64,000 nt of DNA from Auanema rhodensis. Lineage: Eukaryota > Animalia > Nematoda. The stretch lies in assembly GCA_964057225.1 (NCBI GenBank), contig OZ059897.1:9362001-9426000 (forward strand), written 5' to 3'. Both the position numbers and the translations under genes were made by a program. Below the pieces are notes generated by a model. That model searched no databases and was not told the origin of the DNA. It saw only the letters and a program-made list of their open reading frames with translations. Numbering within the stretch: the first letter of the stretch is position 1; each line of letters opens with the position of its first letter. Shown in pieces: positions 30,520-40,539 of the stretch.

Positions 30520-30569
30520 GCCCGGTTAGCTCAGTCGGTAGAGCACCAGACTCTTAATCTGGCTGTCGC
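30520..30569 (+). pseudogene. 3'-truncated tRNA-Lys
   Basis: Same junction. Confidence 0.93.
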
Positions 30570-31001
30570 CTGATTTCATCTGCATAAAGATCCAGTAGAA
30601 AATTACCTTTTGCTCTGAACATCTAAATGATTCAATACAATATCAGAAATCACTGCCCGGTTAGCTCAGTCGGTAGAGCACCAGACTCTTAATCTGGCTG
30701 TCGCGGGTTCGAGCCCCGCATCGGGCTTTAAGTTTTACCTTTTATTTGCAATTATAACGTTTATTTTGAAAATTTATTCCTAACCTCTTTCTGATCAGAT
30801 AGAATTCTGTAGATGTAACATTGTTTCAGTTCTTAGAACTCTGTTTAAGTGTTTTCAAACTTTGTATAGACACCAAGAAAAATGAAATGAGAGAGATAGA
30901 ACACTTCTAAGATCTTGATCCAAGGTTTTTCTGACAGACTGATCCATTAAAACCAAAGATTACAAGAATTATTCTGATTTCACCTGCATGAAGATCCAGT
31001 A

Positions 31002-31414
31002 TGTTCCATACGTGTCCTATAAGTAGAGCGATTGACAACGTCAATCGCTTATAAAACGGAACATTATAAAAACAAATAGCTGACGCTACATTTGAGAAAC
31101 AGGAATTCAATGCAACAATGAACGAACACTTTTTCATATTAAGTTTAATTAAAGAAAGCCCAATTCAAGCGGAACCAAGTTCCGCGGACCTGATATAACC
31201 ACTTTTTATGCTCGTAAGGAATACTATATAAGGTTTCCTTACGAGTCCTTTGTGCTGCGACTAGGAATCATTATGTAACTTTCATTATTGTAATTTGTAT
31301 ACTTTATCATGAATAAACCTTTCTCTCTATACTCTTTATCATTTATATTTGGAAGAAAAGAAAGTAATTCCATGTGGTTACCCAGCCGGAACCCTGGGGA
31401 ACCACCATGGAACG
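31002..31414 (+). repeat. LTR A1 (413 bp; TGTTCCAT...ATGGAACG)
   Basis: Left end defined by the array junction and by the repeat at 34745 (1-nt ambiguity). Right end inferred from the terminal inverted repeat and adjacent PBS. Contains TATATAA (~31225) and AATAAA (31312). Confidence 0.85.
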
Positions 31415-31435
31415 TGGAGGTTCCGCCGAGATTCG
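31415..31435 (+). promoter_or_regulatory. PBS TGGAGGTTCCGCCGAGATTCG (tRNA-Gln-type, up to 21 nt); repeated at 35158-35178
   Basis: Reverse complement CGAATCTCGGCGGAACCTCCA reads as T-loop end, T-stem, acceptor strand and CCA of a tRNA-Gln. Confidence 0.85.
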
Positions 31436-32033
31436 TCTATAACCGACGAATCTCTAAGAACCATATTTCGCTACATAAATTTAATTTTGTTGTCTTTCAT
31501 ACATCTAATTAAAGAATTATATTTCGATTATGCTATATGAATTTAATTTGAAATCTTTCTCTTCTTTATTTCATTCATTCAAAGAACTTTATTTTGATTT
31601 TGATTCATAAATTAATACTGAAATCTTATATACATTTATTTAAAAAGATATATTTTGAAACAACTTAATTTTGAAATTTTATATTCATTCATTTAAAAGA
31701 AACATTTCGATTTTTATCCATATTCTAAGATCTTTCATTCATTTTTGAGGAAAAACTTTGTTTATAACTATCATAAATTAATTTGAAATTCTTTTATATT
31801 TATTCATTTAAAGAAAGGTATTTCGATATTTTTTTTTCTGTCAATCTTTTCTTTTACTGTTTTTTTTAATCAAAATCTATTCTATCTCTCATAAATTTTT
31901 GTTATAAAGTTTCAAACAATTTTTGAATCAAAAATGAATTAATTTCTTTCATGAATCATCACAAAATTCATTGTTTTATATATATTAAAATTCATTAATT
32001 TCTATTCTATCCTTTAAAAATGTATTACTCATT

Positions 32034-32120
32034 TATATATATATATATATATATATATTTATGTACAAAACTATTCTATACTAGTACTATATTCCTACTA
32101 TATTCCTACTATATTCCTAT
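32034..32120. repeat. (TA)n microsatellite plus 3x TACTATATTCC in the A leader (copy at ~35777-35862)
   Basis: Visible directly. Confidence 0.85.
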
Positions 32121-32838
32121 TTTATTTTTCTTTTATCTTCTTTTAAATTTTTTTTTCCCTCTCTTATTACTATTATTTTTTCTCCTCTTCCTAATATAAC
32201 CCAGAAAACAGTCAAATAATTTTGAAATTTTTTTTATCTGAATCCCGAAACTAAGATTTATAATTTTGCATTTTGATCCTAAAAGTAGCCCGTGAGAAGC
32301 AATACCAGACTGTCTCGAGAACTGAGCGGAGGCAACCACTATTTTTGATATAAGACGTACGCATTCCTGATTTTGAAGATCCCTTTTTTTGGTCCTATTT
32401 TTGCAAATTTGAAAATTACGACAGAATTAGTCGAGAATGAAAGTGTTAGAGTGGTCTCACCATGAAAATCAGGGGAGCAGAATTTCGTTAAGGGAGCGAT
32501 TTCTGTGATTTTTCATAGGCAAGAGAAGTCTGGGAAAGTGAATGTACGAGGCCTGAGCACCTAATCTTGTCAAAAGACTGAAAGGGAATACTGCTTAGAT
32601 CACCGTCGTATATTTCACGCCTATTCGAGAGATGGGAACTTGATCCTAGAAAGGGCGCACCGGTCACAGGCCCGTGTATGTACCCGATTGAGCAATTCTC
32701 CGTTAGAAGATTCGCTGCAGGCTGGCCCCCTAGCAAGCGTCACGCATACAACCCCATATTGCCTCTCACGTTGTATATATATTTTTATAAGATTCGCATC
32801 GTTGGTATAATAATTTCCTTTCCAGGAAAACCAACAAG

Positions 32839-33276
32839 ATGACGGACTCGAAGAGTAAAAATCCTCCGCAGGATAAAACAAATCCACAGAGCGCAGCCCC
32901 CGGTAATGATACGCACGTCGAGCCAGTACTCGAGCGGAATCAAAGAAAAAGAGGACCTCCAAATGTTTATGAGCCGGACACGAAGCGCCGACCTACTGCT
33001 GCAAAGAAACCACCCGCTATACCGGGTACCCCCGCGAAAAAAATAGGCACAACAGCTATCAAAACTTCTCGCCACGCTATTACTCTTAGTAAAATTAAAA
33101 CGTCTATTAACAAACAAACTCCTAAACGCAATTCTAACGTTATCAAAAGCTCTAGCTATGTTAGCACAAATACTTCCCCTTGTAAAGATTATTCTCAAAT
33201 ATCATTTTCATACCCAAATACTGCTATTCTTTCTTCTCCTCTTCCTCGAAATTCACCAAACTATCAGAGAAAATAG
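32839..33276 (+). CDS. Hypothetical K/P/T/S-rich protein, element A ORF1 (possibly joined to ORF2)
   Basis: ATG-initiated 145-aa ORF, GC above flanks; no recognisable domain. Confidence 0.45.
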   Translation: MTDSKSKNPPQDKTNPQSAAPGNDTHVEPVLERNQRKRGPPNVYEPDTKRRPTAAKKPPAIPGTPAKKIGTTAIKTSRHAITLSKIKTSINKQTPKRNSNVIKSSSYVSTNTSPCKDYSQISFSYPNTAILSSPLPRNSPNYQRK

Positions 33277-33296
33277 AAGAAAACGCAAGAAAAGAA

Positions 33297-33575
33297 TTGT
33301 ATGAGGAACGGAAGAAGGAGCCACCCACAATTAAGAAATGGAGTTCAGCACTTAAATTGGCATTGGGATTAGAAGATAATTCTCCTACAACGCCAGCAAA
33401 ACCTTATCATGTGCCGATAAGGTATCACAGCACCATACCAGTAACAGAGCCGAAGAAGAGAGTTTCGAAGAGTCAGATCCCGGACCCAAACTTCGTGGCA
33501 CCAACAGTACCAGTCATCCATAAGAAAAGACCGTCAACAGTTATTGGGACTACAAGTAAGAAGCTAGAACAATAG
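33297..33575 (+). CDS. Element A ORF2 segment (no ATG; probable continuation of ORF1)
   Basis: The frame is open upstream of the TTG start (TKLSEKIEENARKELYEERKK...) and overlaps the ORF1 end in the -1 frame. Confidence 0.4.
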   Translation: MYEERKKEPPTIKKWSSALKLALGLEDNSPTTPAKPYHVPIRYHSTIPVTEPKKRVSKSQIPDPNFVAPTVPVIHKKRPSTVIGTTSKKLEQ

Positions 33576-33937
33576 TAAAAATCCATAATTTCTATATAAA
33601 AATCACAAAAAGTATAATACCATTTTCATAATTTTCATCTAAACTTGAACCTATATATATAATTTTTTTTCTCATTTAAGTAATACATGAAATTCTACAC
33701 AAATTATTGTACATTTTTATTTTTCACTCTCATAAAAATATTGTATCAATAACCAAAATTTCAAAATTAAATTATATATCATACTTGGAATCTTTCAAAA
33801 ATCACCGCAAAGTTTTAATCAACAATCTTCATCATTTTTTCACCTAACTGGTCAAAAAGGAGGCGACAAAAAGGAAGGAACAGACCGACCTAGTTTTAAA
33901 AAGGATAAAAGGACAGAAAACAGTAACAAAGATAACA

Positions 33938-34540
33938 ATGTCCACCCAACTCCCTGAAGCCGTCGAAATTCCCCTCATGATGGCCAAAAAGAGATGGCTT
34001 TCAATTCAACTATTAGTAAGAGAATTGAAGCAGCTAGGCGCCAATACCATCGCCAACCGCCCCAGGAAAGAGAAGATCCTGAAAGAGTTAGTTCAAGGAC
34101 TAACAAGAGCGAACACCAGTACTGAAACGCTCAAAATCCTATGTTACCAATACGACAAGGATCAACTGTCGGAGGTTGACCACTGCATAGGACCATGGAC
34201 CAACATAGCAGGAGTCATCCGAGATGCCATTGCTGAACTAAGGGACCAACTAGGTTATTCACCTAGTTGCGATTCACCAGAACAGCAGACACCAAACTGG
34301 ATTATTGCCGAGACCCATTCGGCCTATCAAGAATGGAGCCTGCAACATTGCAGCGAACTGCCATCCACAGAGGCAAGAAAAAGCATTATAAATGCTCTAC
34401 AAATATTTCTGGCATCACCAGCAACCACTAAGGAAGAAATGGAAAGAAAAACGGATTTATGCAACAAGACTATGGATCTTCTCCACGACCTAGGATCATC
34501 ACCATTACCAGAGATACACCAGTATTATGAAGAAGACTAA
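33938..34540 (+). CDS. Hypothetical 200-aa, probably helical protein, element A ORF3
   Basis: Longest ORF in the window, ATG start, protein-like composition, flanked by AT-rich DNA. No family recognised. Confidence 0.7.
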   Translation: MSTQLPEAVEIPLMMAKKRWLSIQLLVRELKQLGANTIANRPRKEKILKELVQGLTRANTSTETLKILCYQYDKDQLSEVDHCIGPWTNIAGVIRDAIAELRDQLGYSPSCDSPEQQTPNWIIAETHSAYQEWSLQHCSELPSTEARKSIINALQIFLASPATTKEEMERKTDLCNKTMDLLHDLGSSPLPEIHQYYEED

Positions 34541-34744
34541 AAAGAACTTTTGAAAGATTCCCAGTATGATATATGATATATTATTTTGTAATTACATTGT
34601 TTTCCTTTATTTTTTCTCATAAAATTGTTCTGTATTATCAGTATTCTTTTATTTTTTTTGAAACATTTCATACAACTTTCACATTTGCATGGAATTTCAC
34701 TTTCTCGATGTAGCTGAGGTCAGCTACTTTTTCGATATTAGGCA

Positions 34745-35157
34745 TGTTCCATACGTGTCCTATAAGTAGAGCGATTGACAACGTCAATCGCTTATAAAAC
34801 GGAACATTATAAAAACAAATAGCTGACGCTACATTTGAGAAACAGGAATTCAATGCAACAATGAACGAACACTTTTTCATATTAAGTTTAATTAAAGAAA
34901 GCCCAATTCAAGCGGAACCAAGTTCCGCGGACCTGATATAACCACTTTTTATGCTCGTAAGGAATACTATATAAGGTTTCCTTACGAGTCCTTTGTGCTG
35001 CGACTAGGAATCATTATGTAACTTTCATTATTGTAATTTGTATACTTTATCATGAATAAACCTTTCTCTCTATACTCTTTATCATTTATATTTGGAAGAA
35101 AAGAAAGTAATTCCATGTGGTTACCCAGCCGGAACCCTGGGGAACCACCATGGAACG
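34745..35157 (+). repeat. LTR A2 (413 bp)
   Basis: Appears identical to A1 by eye. Confidence 0.87.
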
Positions 35158-36424
35158 TGGAGGTTCCGCCGAGATTCGTCTATAACCGACGAATCTCTAA
35201 GAACCATATTTCGCTACATAAATTTAATTTTGTTGTCTTTCATACATCTAATTAAAGAATTATATTTCGATTATGCTATATGAATTTAATTTGAAATCTT
35301 TCTCTTCTTTATTTCATTCATTCAAAGAACTTTATTTTGATTTTGATTCATAAATTAATACTGAAATCTTATATACATTTATTTAAAAAGATATATTTTG
35401 AAACAACTTAATTTTGAAATTTTATATTCATTCATTTAAAAGAAACATTTCGATTTTTATCCATATTCTAAGATCTTTCATTCATTTTTGAGGAAAAACT
35501 TTGTTTATAACTATCATAAATTAATTTGAAATTCTTTTATATTTATTCATTTAAAGAAAGGTATTTCGATATTTTTTTTTCTGTCAATCTTTTCTTTTAC
35601 TGTTTTTTTTAATCAAAATCTATTCTATCTCTCATAAATTTTTGTTATAAAGTTTCAAACAATTTTTGAATCAAAAATGAATTAATTTCTTTCATGAATC
35701 ATCACAAAATTCATTGTTTTATATATATTAAAATTCATTAATTTCTATTCTATCCTTTAAAAATGTATTACTCATTTATATATATATATATATATATATA
35801 TTTATGTACAAAACTATTCTATACTAGTACTATATTCCTACTATATTCCTACTATATTCCTATTTTATTTTTCTTTTATCTTCTTTTAAATTTTTTTTTC
35901 CCTCTCTTATTACTATTATTTTTTCTCCTCTTCCTAATATAACCCAGAAAACAGTCAAATAATTTTGAAATTTTTTTTATCTGAATCCCGAAACTAAGAT
36001 TTATAATTTTGCATTTTGATCCTAAAAGTAGCCCGTGAGAAGCAATACCAGACTGTCTCGAGAACTGAGCGGAGGCAACCACTATTTTTGATATAAGACG
36101 TACGCATTCCTGATTTTGAAGATCCCTTTTTTTGGTCCTATTTTTGCAAATTTGAAAATTACGACAGAATTAGTCGAGAATGAAAGTGTTAGAGTGGTCT
36201 CACCATGAAAATCAGGGGAGCAGAATTTCGTTAAGGGAGCGATTTCTGTGATTTTTCATAGGCAAGAGAAGTCTGGGAAAGTGAATGTACGAGGCCTGAG
36301 CACCTAATCTTGTCAAAAGACTGAAAGGGAATACTGCTTAGATCACCGTCGTATATTTCACGCCTATTCGAGAGATGGGAACTTGATCCTAGAAAGGGCG
36401 CACCGGTCACAGGCCCGTGTATGT

Positions 36425-36497
36425 ACCCGGTTAGCTCAGTCGGTAGAGCACCAGACTCTTAATCTGGCTGTCGCGGGTTCGAGCCCCGTATCGGGCT
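36425..36497 (+). tRNA. tRNA-Lys(CTT) fused to the truncated element A; G1 replaced by A, native upstream spacer lost
   Basis: ATGTA-CCCG-GTTAGCTCAG; the T-stem also reads CCCGT. Confidence 0.8.
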
Positions 36498-36828
36498 TTA
36501 AGTTTTACCTTTCATTTGAAATTATAACGTTTATTTTGAAAATATAATCCTAACCTCTTTCTGATCAGATAGAATTCTGTAGATGTAACATTGTTTCAGT
36601 TTTTAGAACTCTGTTTGAGTGTTTTCAAACTTTGTATAGATACCAAGAAAAATGAAATGAGAGAGATAGAACACTTCTAAGATCTTGATCCAAGGTTTTT
36701 CTGACGGAATGATCCATTAGAACCAAAGATAACAAGAATTATTCTGATTTCACCTGCATAAAGATCCAGTAGAAAATTACGTTATGCTCTGAACATCTAA
36801 ATGATTCAATACAATATTAGAAATCACA

Positions 36829-36901
36829 GCCCGGTTAGCTCAGTCGGTAGAGCACCAGACTCTTAATCTGGCTGTCGCGGCTTCGAGCCCCGCATCGGGC
36901 T
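36829..36901 (+). tRNA. tRNA-Lys(CTT) with B-box mutation (GGTTCG to GCTTCG)
   Basis: Reads GTCGCGGCTTCGAGCC. Confidence 0.8.
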
Positions 36902-37956
36902 TTAAGTTTTACCTTTTATTTGAAATTATAACGTTTATTTTGAAATTTCATTTCTAACCTCTTTCCGTTCCGTTATGCTCCTGCGTCGATAATATAAACC
37001 ATTGTAGTTTATACTATGACGCGCATAGTATTCCTTGGTGTAGCGGTAAGGAATAAAGAGCATAAGGTCAATCATAAGATAAAAGAGAGAAAGATTTATT
37101 AGCATGAAACTACAACAATAATATACAAAGATAAAGATACAATATAATAAGATAAATATAAGTATAAAGACTAAACTACAAGCCGTCCATGAGCTTGCTA
37201 AGAGGCGAACTCCCGACCAAGGGAACGAGGGAAGGCGGAGCCATTCCTCGGTCCTCTGGTCGTCTGGCTCTAACCCTTCAGCTACATATATGGGGAGTCC
37301 GAATGGAACGTGCCCTTTTTCAAAGATTTTTCGCGTCCGCGCGATATAAAGTGTTTTTAGTGTATATGTAGCTGAGTTTTAGAGTCTAGGAGTTTACAAA
37401 TAAAATTAAAAGTTTCAAAATCTACATGTAGAAAGATATTTAAATGGTATTAATAGGTTTCTTTATGGTATTAAGATAGAATTTGAATACAATAATAGGT
37501 TTTATGTTATTTTGTAATGGAGGATTAGAAAAATAAATTTAGTCATTGTAGTACTGTAATAAAAAAAATTGTTCCATGAATTAGAGATTTATGTGAGATA
37601 ATAAGGAATTATTCAACTTTTTGCGTGCATGGTTACTCGTATCCTAATGATGATGGGGATAAAGATTTTTAGTTATTAATTGTTTTCGTCTTCATGTGTC
37701 TCTCTGAATGAATCCTTGAGTACTAATGGAGGCTACCACTCAGATGGGGTGTGGCTTAGGCGCCTGCCAATTTTCGTCTCTTCTTGGAGATACATATGGA
37801 GCTCAATTTAGTGCGATAGACTATCTCTATCGTCGTAAAGGAGTACGGTAGCCTATTATTTATATTATATTTTCACTTATTCCTTATTTTTGGTTGTTTA
37901 TTCTCTTAATCTCTCATCAAAATTTTTCTAATTCACCGTTACTTTCATTTTACAAT

Positions 37957-38235
37957 CTACAGAAAAGAAAAGAATGTATATAAAAATTTTTTTCTGTCGT
38001 CGGCTATGATGAAGTCCGGATCTTCGTAGGTGTCGTCAGAAGGTGAATATGTTCCTTCTCGGGGAGTATAAAACTGGTCGACTTGCGGCTTCGGCTTCTC
38101 GGCTGGTTGGTGCAGTTTTTCTATTTGAACACTAAGAAGTCGGGTACGGCTTCTGCGACGACTTGCGACAGTAGCGTCACTGTTGGTATCGGACGGGTAA
38201 AGGGCTCGGAAAGCCGATGAGAATCTTTTGGCCAC
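37957..38235 (-). CDS. Sense-strand ORF segment in B1 (low complexity, acidic C-terminus); homologs at 47445-47729 and 51806-52090 (+)
   Basis: Frame conserved between B1 and B2 with several synonymous changes (CTT/CTC, GGA/GGC, TTT/TTC). GTG start only, so probably a fragment. Confidence 0.35.
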   Translation of the reverse strand: MAKRFSSAFRALYPSDTNSDATVASRRRSRTRLLSVQIEKLHQPAEKPKPQVDQFYTPREGTYSPSDDTYEDPDFIIADDRKKFLYTFFSFL

Positions 38236-38636
38236 CTTTATAGGACTCTTGGTTTGGAAAAACCGAGAATGGTGAGCTACGTGTGGGATGTTGACGTAAG
38301 GTGCGTAAGATTCTTTTAGATGTGTGTTGGGAGAGAGAAAGATTCGGGAGCAATAGGATAGTCATGCTTTGCTGGGCGATGCGGAGGGTAAATGAGAGGG
38401 AGTTTTCCAAATCTTGGCCAACAATCTGACTCCGCCTATCTACCGTAAGCTTATTATAGTTAATGGTGTTTATCTCTTCTCAAAAACTTTTTTTTTTATC
38501 CGCTCTTGCACTTTCCGCTTGTACTTCCTTTAATTTCTCTCTTCACTAGTAGCTTTCAATCATGTTTTTGTCCCCCTTTTTTCTCTTGTTTACCAAGCTA
38601 GATTTTATTATTTTTGAGAGCTAAGAATTCTTAAAA

Positions 38637-39180
38637 ATGAGCGTCTAGCCTACTGGAATGACCTTTGTCGTGCAAAAGCTGTATGACGTTATTGTCTTTT
38701 ATGATGCTGAAGAGAGATTGGCTTATAGGCCCCATCCTGATATAATATTAATGGTTGGTGCATTAGTCAATTTCAATTTTCAGTATTTTCTTTTTTCTAT
38801 TTTAGTTTATTGAGGATCTGCAAATGTTCTATTTGGGCAGGGGCCTCGTTAATTTTTCCGCTATGGCGGAAATTGCGCCCGAGATTGAGCTCGTAGGGCG
38901 TCTCTGTCTCCGTGACCTGTGCGCGCATTTTTATGCCGCTCTCCTGTGTGGACTTGTAGGAAGTCCCTGGAGATGGTATACCGAGAGGCAGCCTTTATTC
39001 TATGAATTATTATGTAAAATTTTGTTTAAAATTCATGTATGTTATGATAGCTCTTCGCTTGGATTGCAGCTGAGGACCTCACTGGGGAGAGAGTATCCCG
39101 AATACCTCTCCCCCAGTTACAAGCCTATCTCTCTTGCTGCAGAGTTTGAAAGACAGCTAGCTTTCAAGTGGGGTTTTTGA
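38637..39180 (+). CDS. Antisense cargo gene of B1: exon 1 38637-38753, intron 38754-38805, exon 2 38806-39180; 163 codons, unknown function
   Basis: 52-nt GT...TTTAG phase-0 intron at the same position as in B2. Gap-free homology to the B2 copy. TGA followed by AATAAA (39184-39189). One in-frame TAG at 38646-38648. Confidence 0.8.
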
Positions 39181-40539
39181 CTGAATAAAGCTTGTACTCT
39201 GTTTTTTTTTATTTTTTTTTTTTTTATTTTTTTTTTTTTTTTATGCGCTTTGCTCTGTTTTCGTCAAGAAAATGGACTTATGTTTTCAATCTTTTCCTCA
39301 TTCCTTTTTCCTTAAATAGCATGTTTTGCTCAAAATGTTTTCGACATTGTGCATGCTAATGAGGTTTGAGGAGAGTTATTGAAAAGGCTGTCCCTTTTCT
39401 CGATCAAAATAAGCAAAAGTGCGTTTTCCCAAGCGAATTTCTTTTTTGAAAATGAGAAAAATACGTCTATTTTTAAACATTTCCAATTTACTTAGGATTA
39501 CTGTAGGAGATGAGGGGTATCTTATGAGTTGAAACAACGAAATGATTTGAGGAAGGTGACATAATCTACGGGGATAAAATCCGTAGCAGTTATGCTTCCG
39601 CCAACTTGACCTGACTGTCAAATAAGAGCTGAGAAGTCTTATTGCAGATTTACCAGGCTTTTTCGGACTAGTGTGGTCTCTTTTTATATTCAATTTATGT
39701 AACCGTTTTTGGTTTCCCGCAAAATAATATGTAAAATGATCTTTTACGTCTGAATATAATAATTTCAAAATTCTAGTCCTGACCACAAAATATACAAACT
39801 ATAATCAATTGCGCGCGTCTTATAAATTTTTGTTCCAATAATCAAACTTCTCTATGCCCCCAAAAAAAAATGTGAACAACTATATTTTCTCGTTTGGCGA
39901 AATTGTCCTCTATTTCAATCCAAACGTCCTCAAAATGGCATGAGAAGCGGTACAAGATACGATATAGAAAAGGGTGGACATTCAGACGGTTTTAATTGAG
40001 GACAGCGGGCAAAATTTTTATTGGTCCTATCTCGCATTTAAGCGAGATCCCTTGTATCTGTACCTCAAAACAAATTGGCGCCTTCATTTTGTTGTTTCAA
40101 GTGGAGGAATTTATAATTTAGAATGCAAAAATGGACTTTTACAATAAAAAGAAAATTTTTTTTTTCAAAAGATGAGTTCGAGGTGGAACCTCCACGTTCC
40201 GTTATGCTCCTGCGTCGATAATATAAACCATTGTAGTTTATACTATGACGCGCATAGTATTCCTTGGTGTAGCGGTAAGGAATAAAGAGCATAAGGTCAA
40301 TCATAAGATAAAAGAGAGAAAGATTTATTAGCATGAAACTACAACAATAATATACAAAGATAAAGATACAATACAATAAGATAAATATAAGTATAAAGAC
40401 TAAACTACAAGCCGTCCATGAGCTTGCTAAGAGGCGAACTCCCGACCAAGGGAACGAGGGAAGGCGGAGCCATTCCTCGGTCCTCTGGTCGTCTGGCTCT
40501 AACCCTTCAGCTACATATACGGGGAGTCCGAATGGAACG

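Larger units (their letters stand above)
668..31001 (+). repeat. tRNA-Lys(CTT) tandem array, block 1 (~404-bp unit; ~77 tRNA copies, 5 truncated)
   Basis: The same 73-nt tRNA recurs at ~404-bp spacing (e.g. 1952, 2356, 2760, 3164) with a ~331-bp conserved AT-rich spacer. Confidence 0.98.
31002..36429 (+). mobile_element. Element A: non-autonomous LTR retroelement in tandem form (LTR-internal-LTR-truncated internal)
   Basis: 31002-32686 recurs 3743 bp later (34745-36429). Each 413-bp LTR is followed by a tRNA-Gln-type PBS. The right end fuses into a tRNA via CCCG. No RT/integrase-sized ORF. Confidence 0.85.
36966..40539 (-). mobile_element. Element B1: complete non-autonomous LTR retroelement (3574 bp)
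   Basis: 345-bp LTRs at 36966-37310 and 40195-40539 (2 differences seen). TSD TTTC at 36962-36965 and 40540-40543. PBS at 40182-40194; short purine tract (GAAAAAGGG on -) next to the 3' LTR. Confidence 0.95.

Noticed and set aside
30907-31540. Short ORFs in LTR A (and copies at 34668-35283)
   Set aside because: They lie in the LTR/PBS or cross junctions, and recur only because the DNA is duplicated.
32488-33198. Overlapping minus-strand ORFs in element A
   Set aside because: Antisense shadows of the GC-richer ORF1 region without independent support.
37189-37371. 60-aa ORF repeated in B1/B2/B3, and other short LTR/leader ORFs (40065, 45324, 45578, 47748)
   Set aside because: They overlap LTR or cis-signal DNA, several are not preserved between B1 and B2, and there is no coding signature.
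39202-39242. Long T run as a retroposed poly(A) tail of the cargo gene
   Set aside because: Wrong polarity for the + strand gene, the gene retains its intron, and the B2 equivalent is short; better explained as homopolymer expansion.
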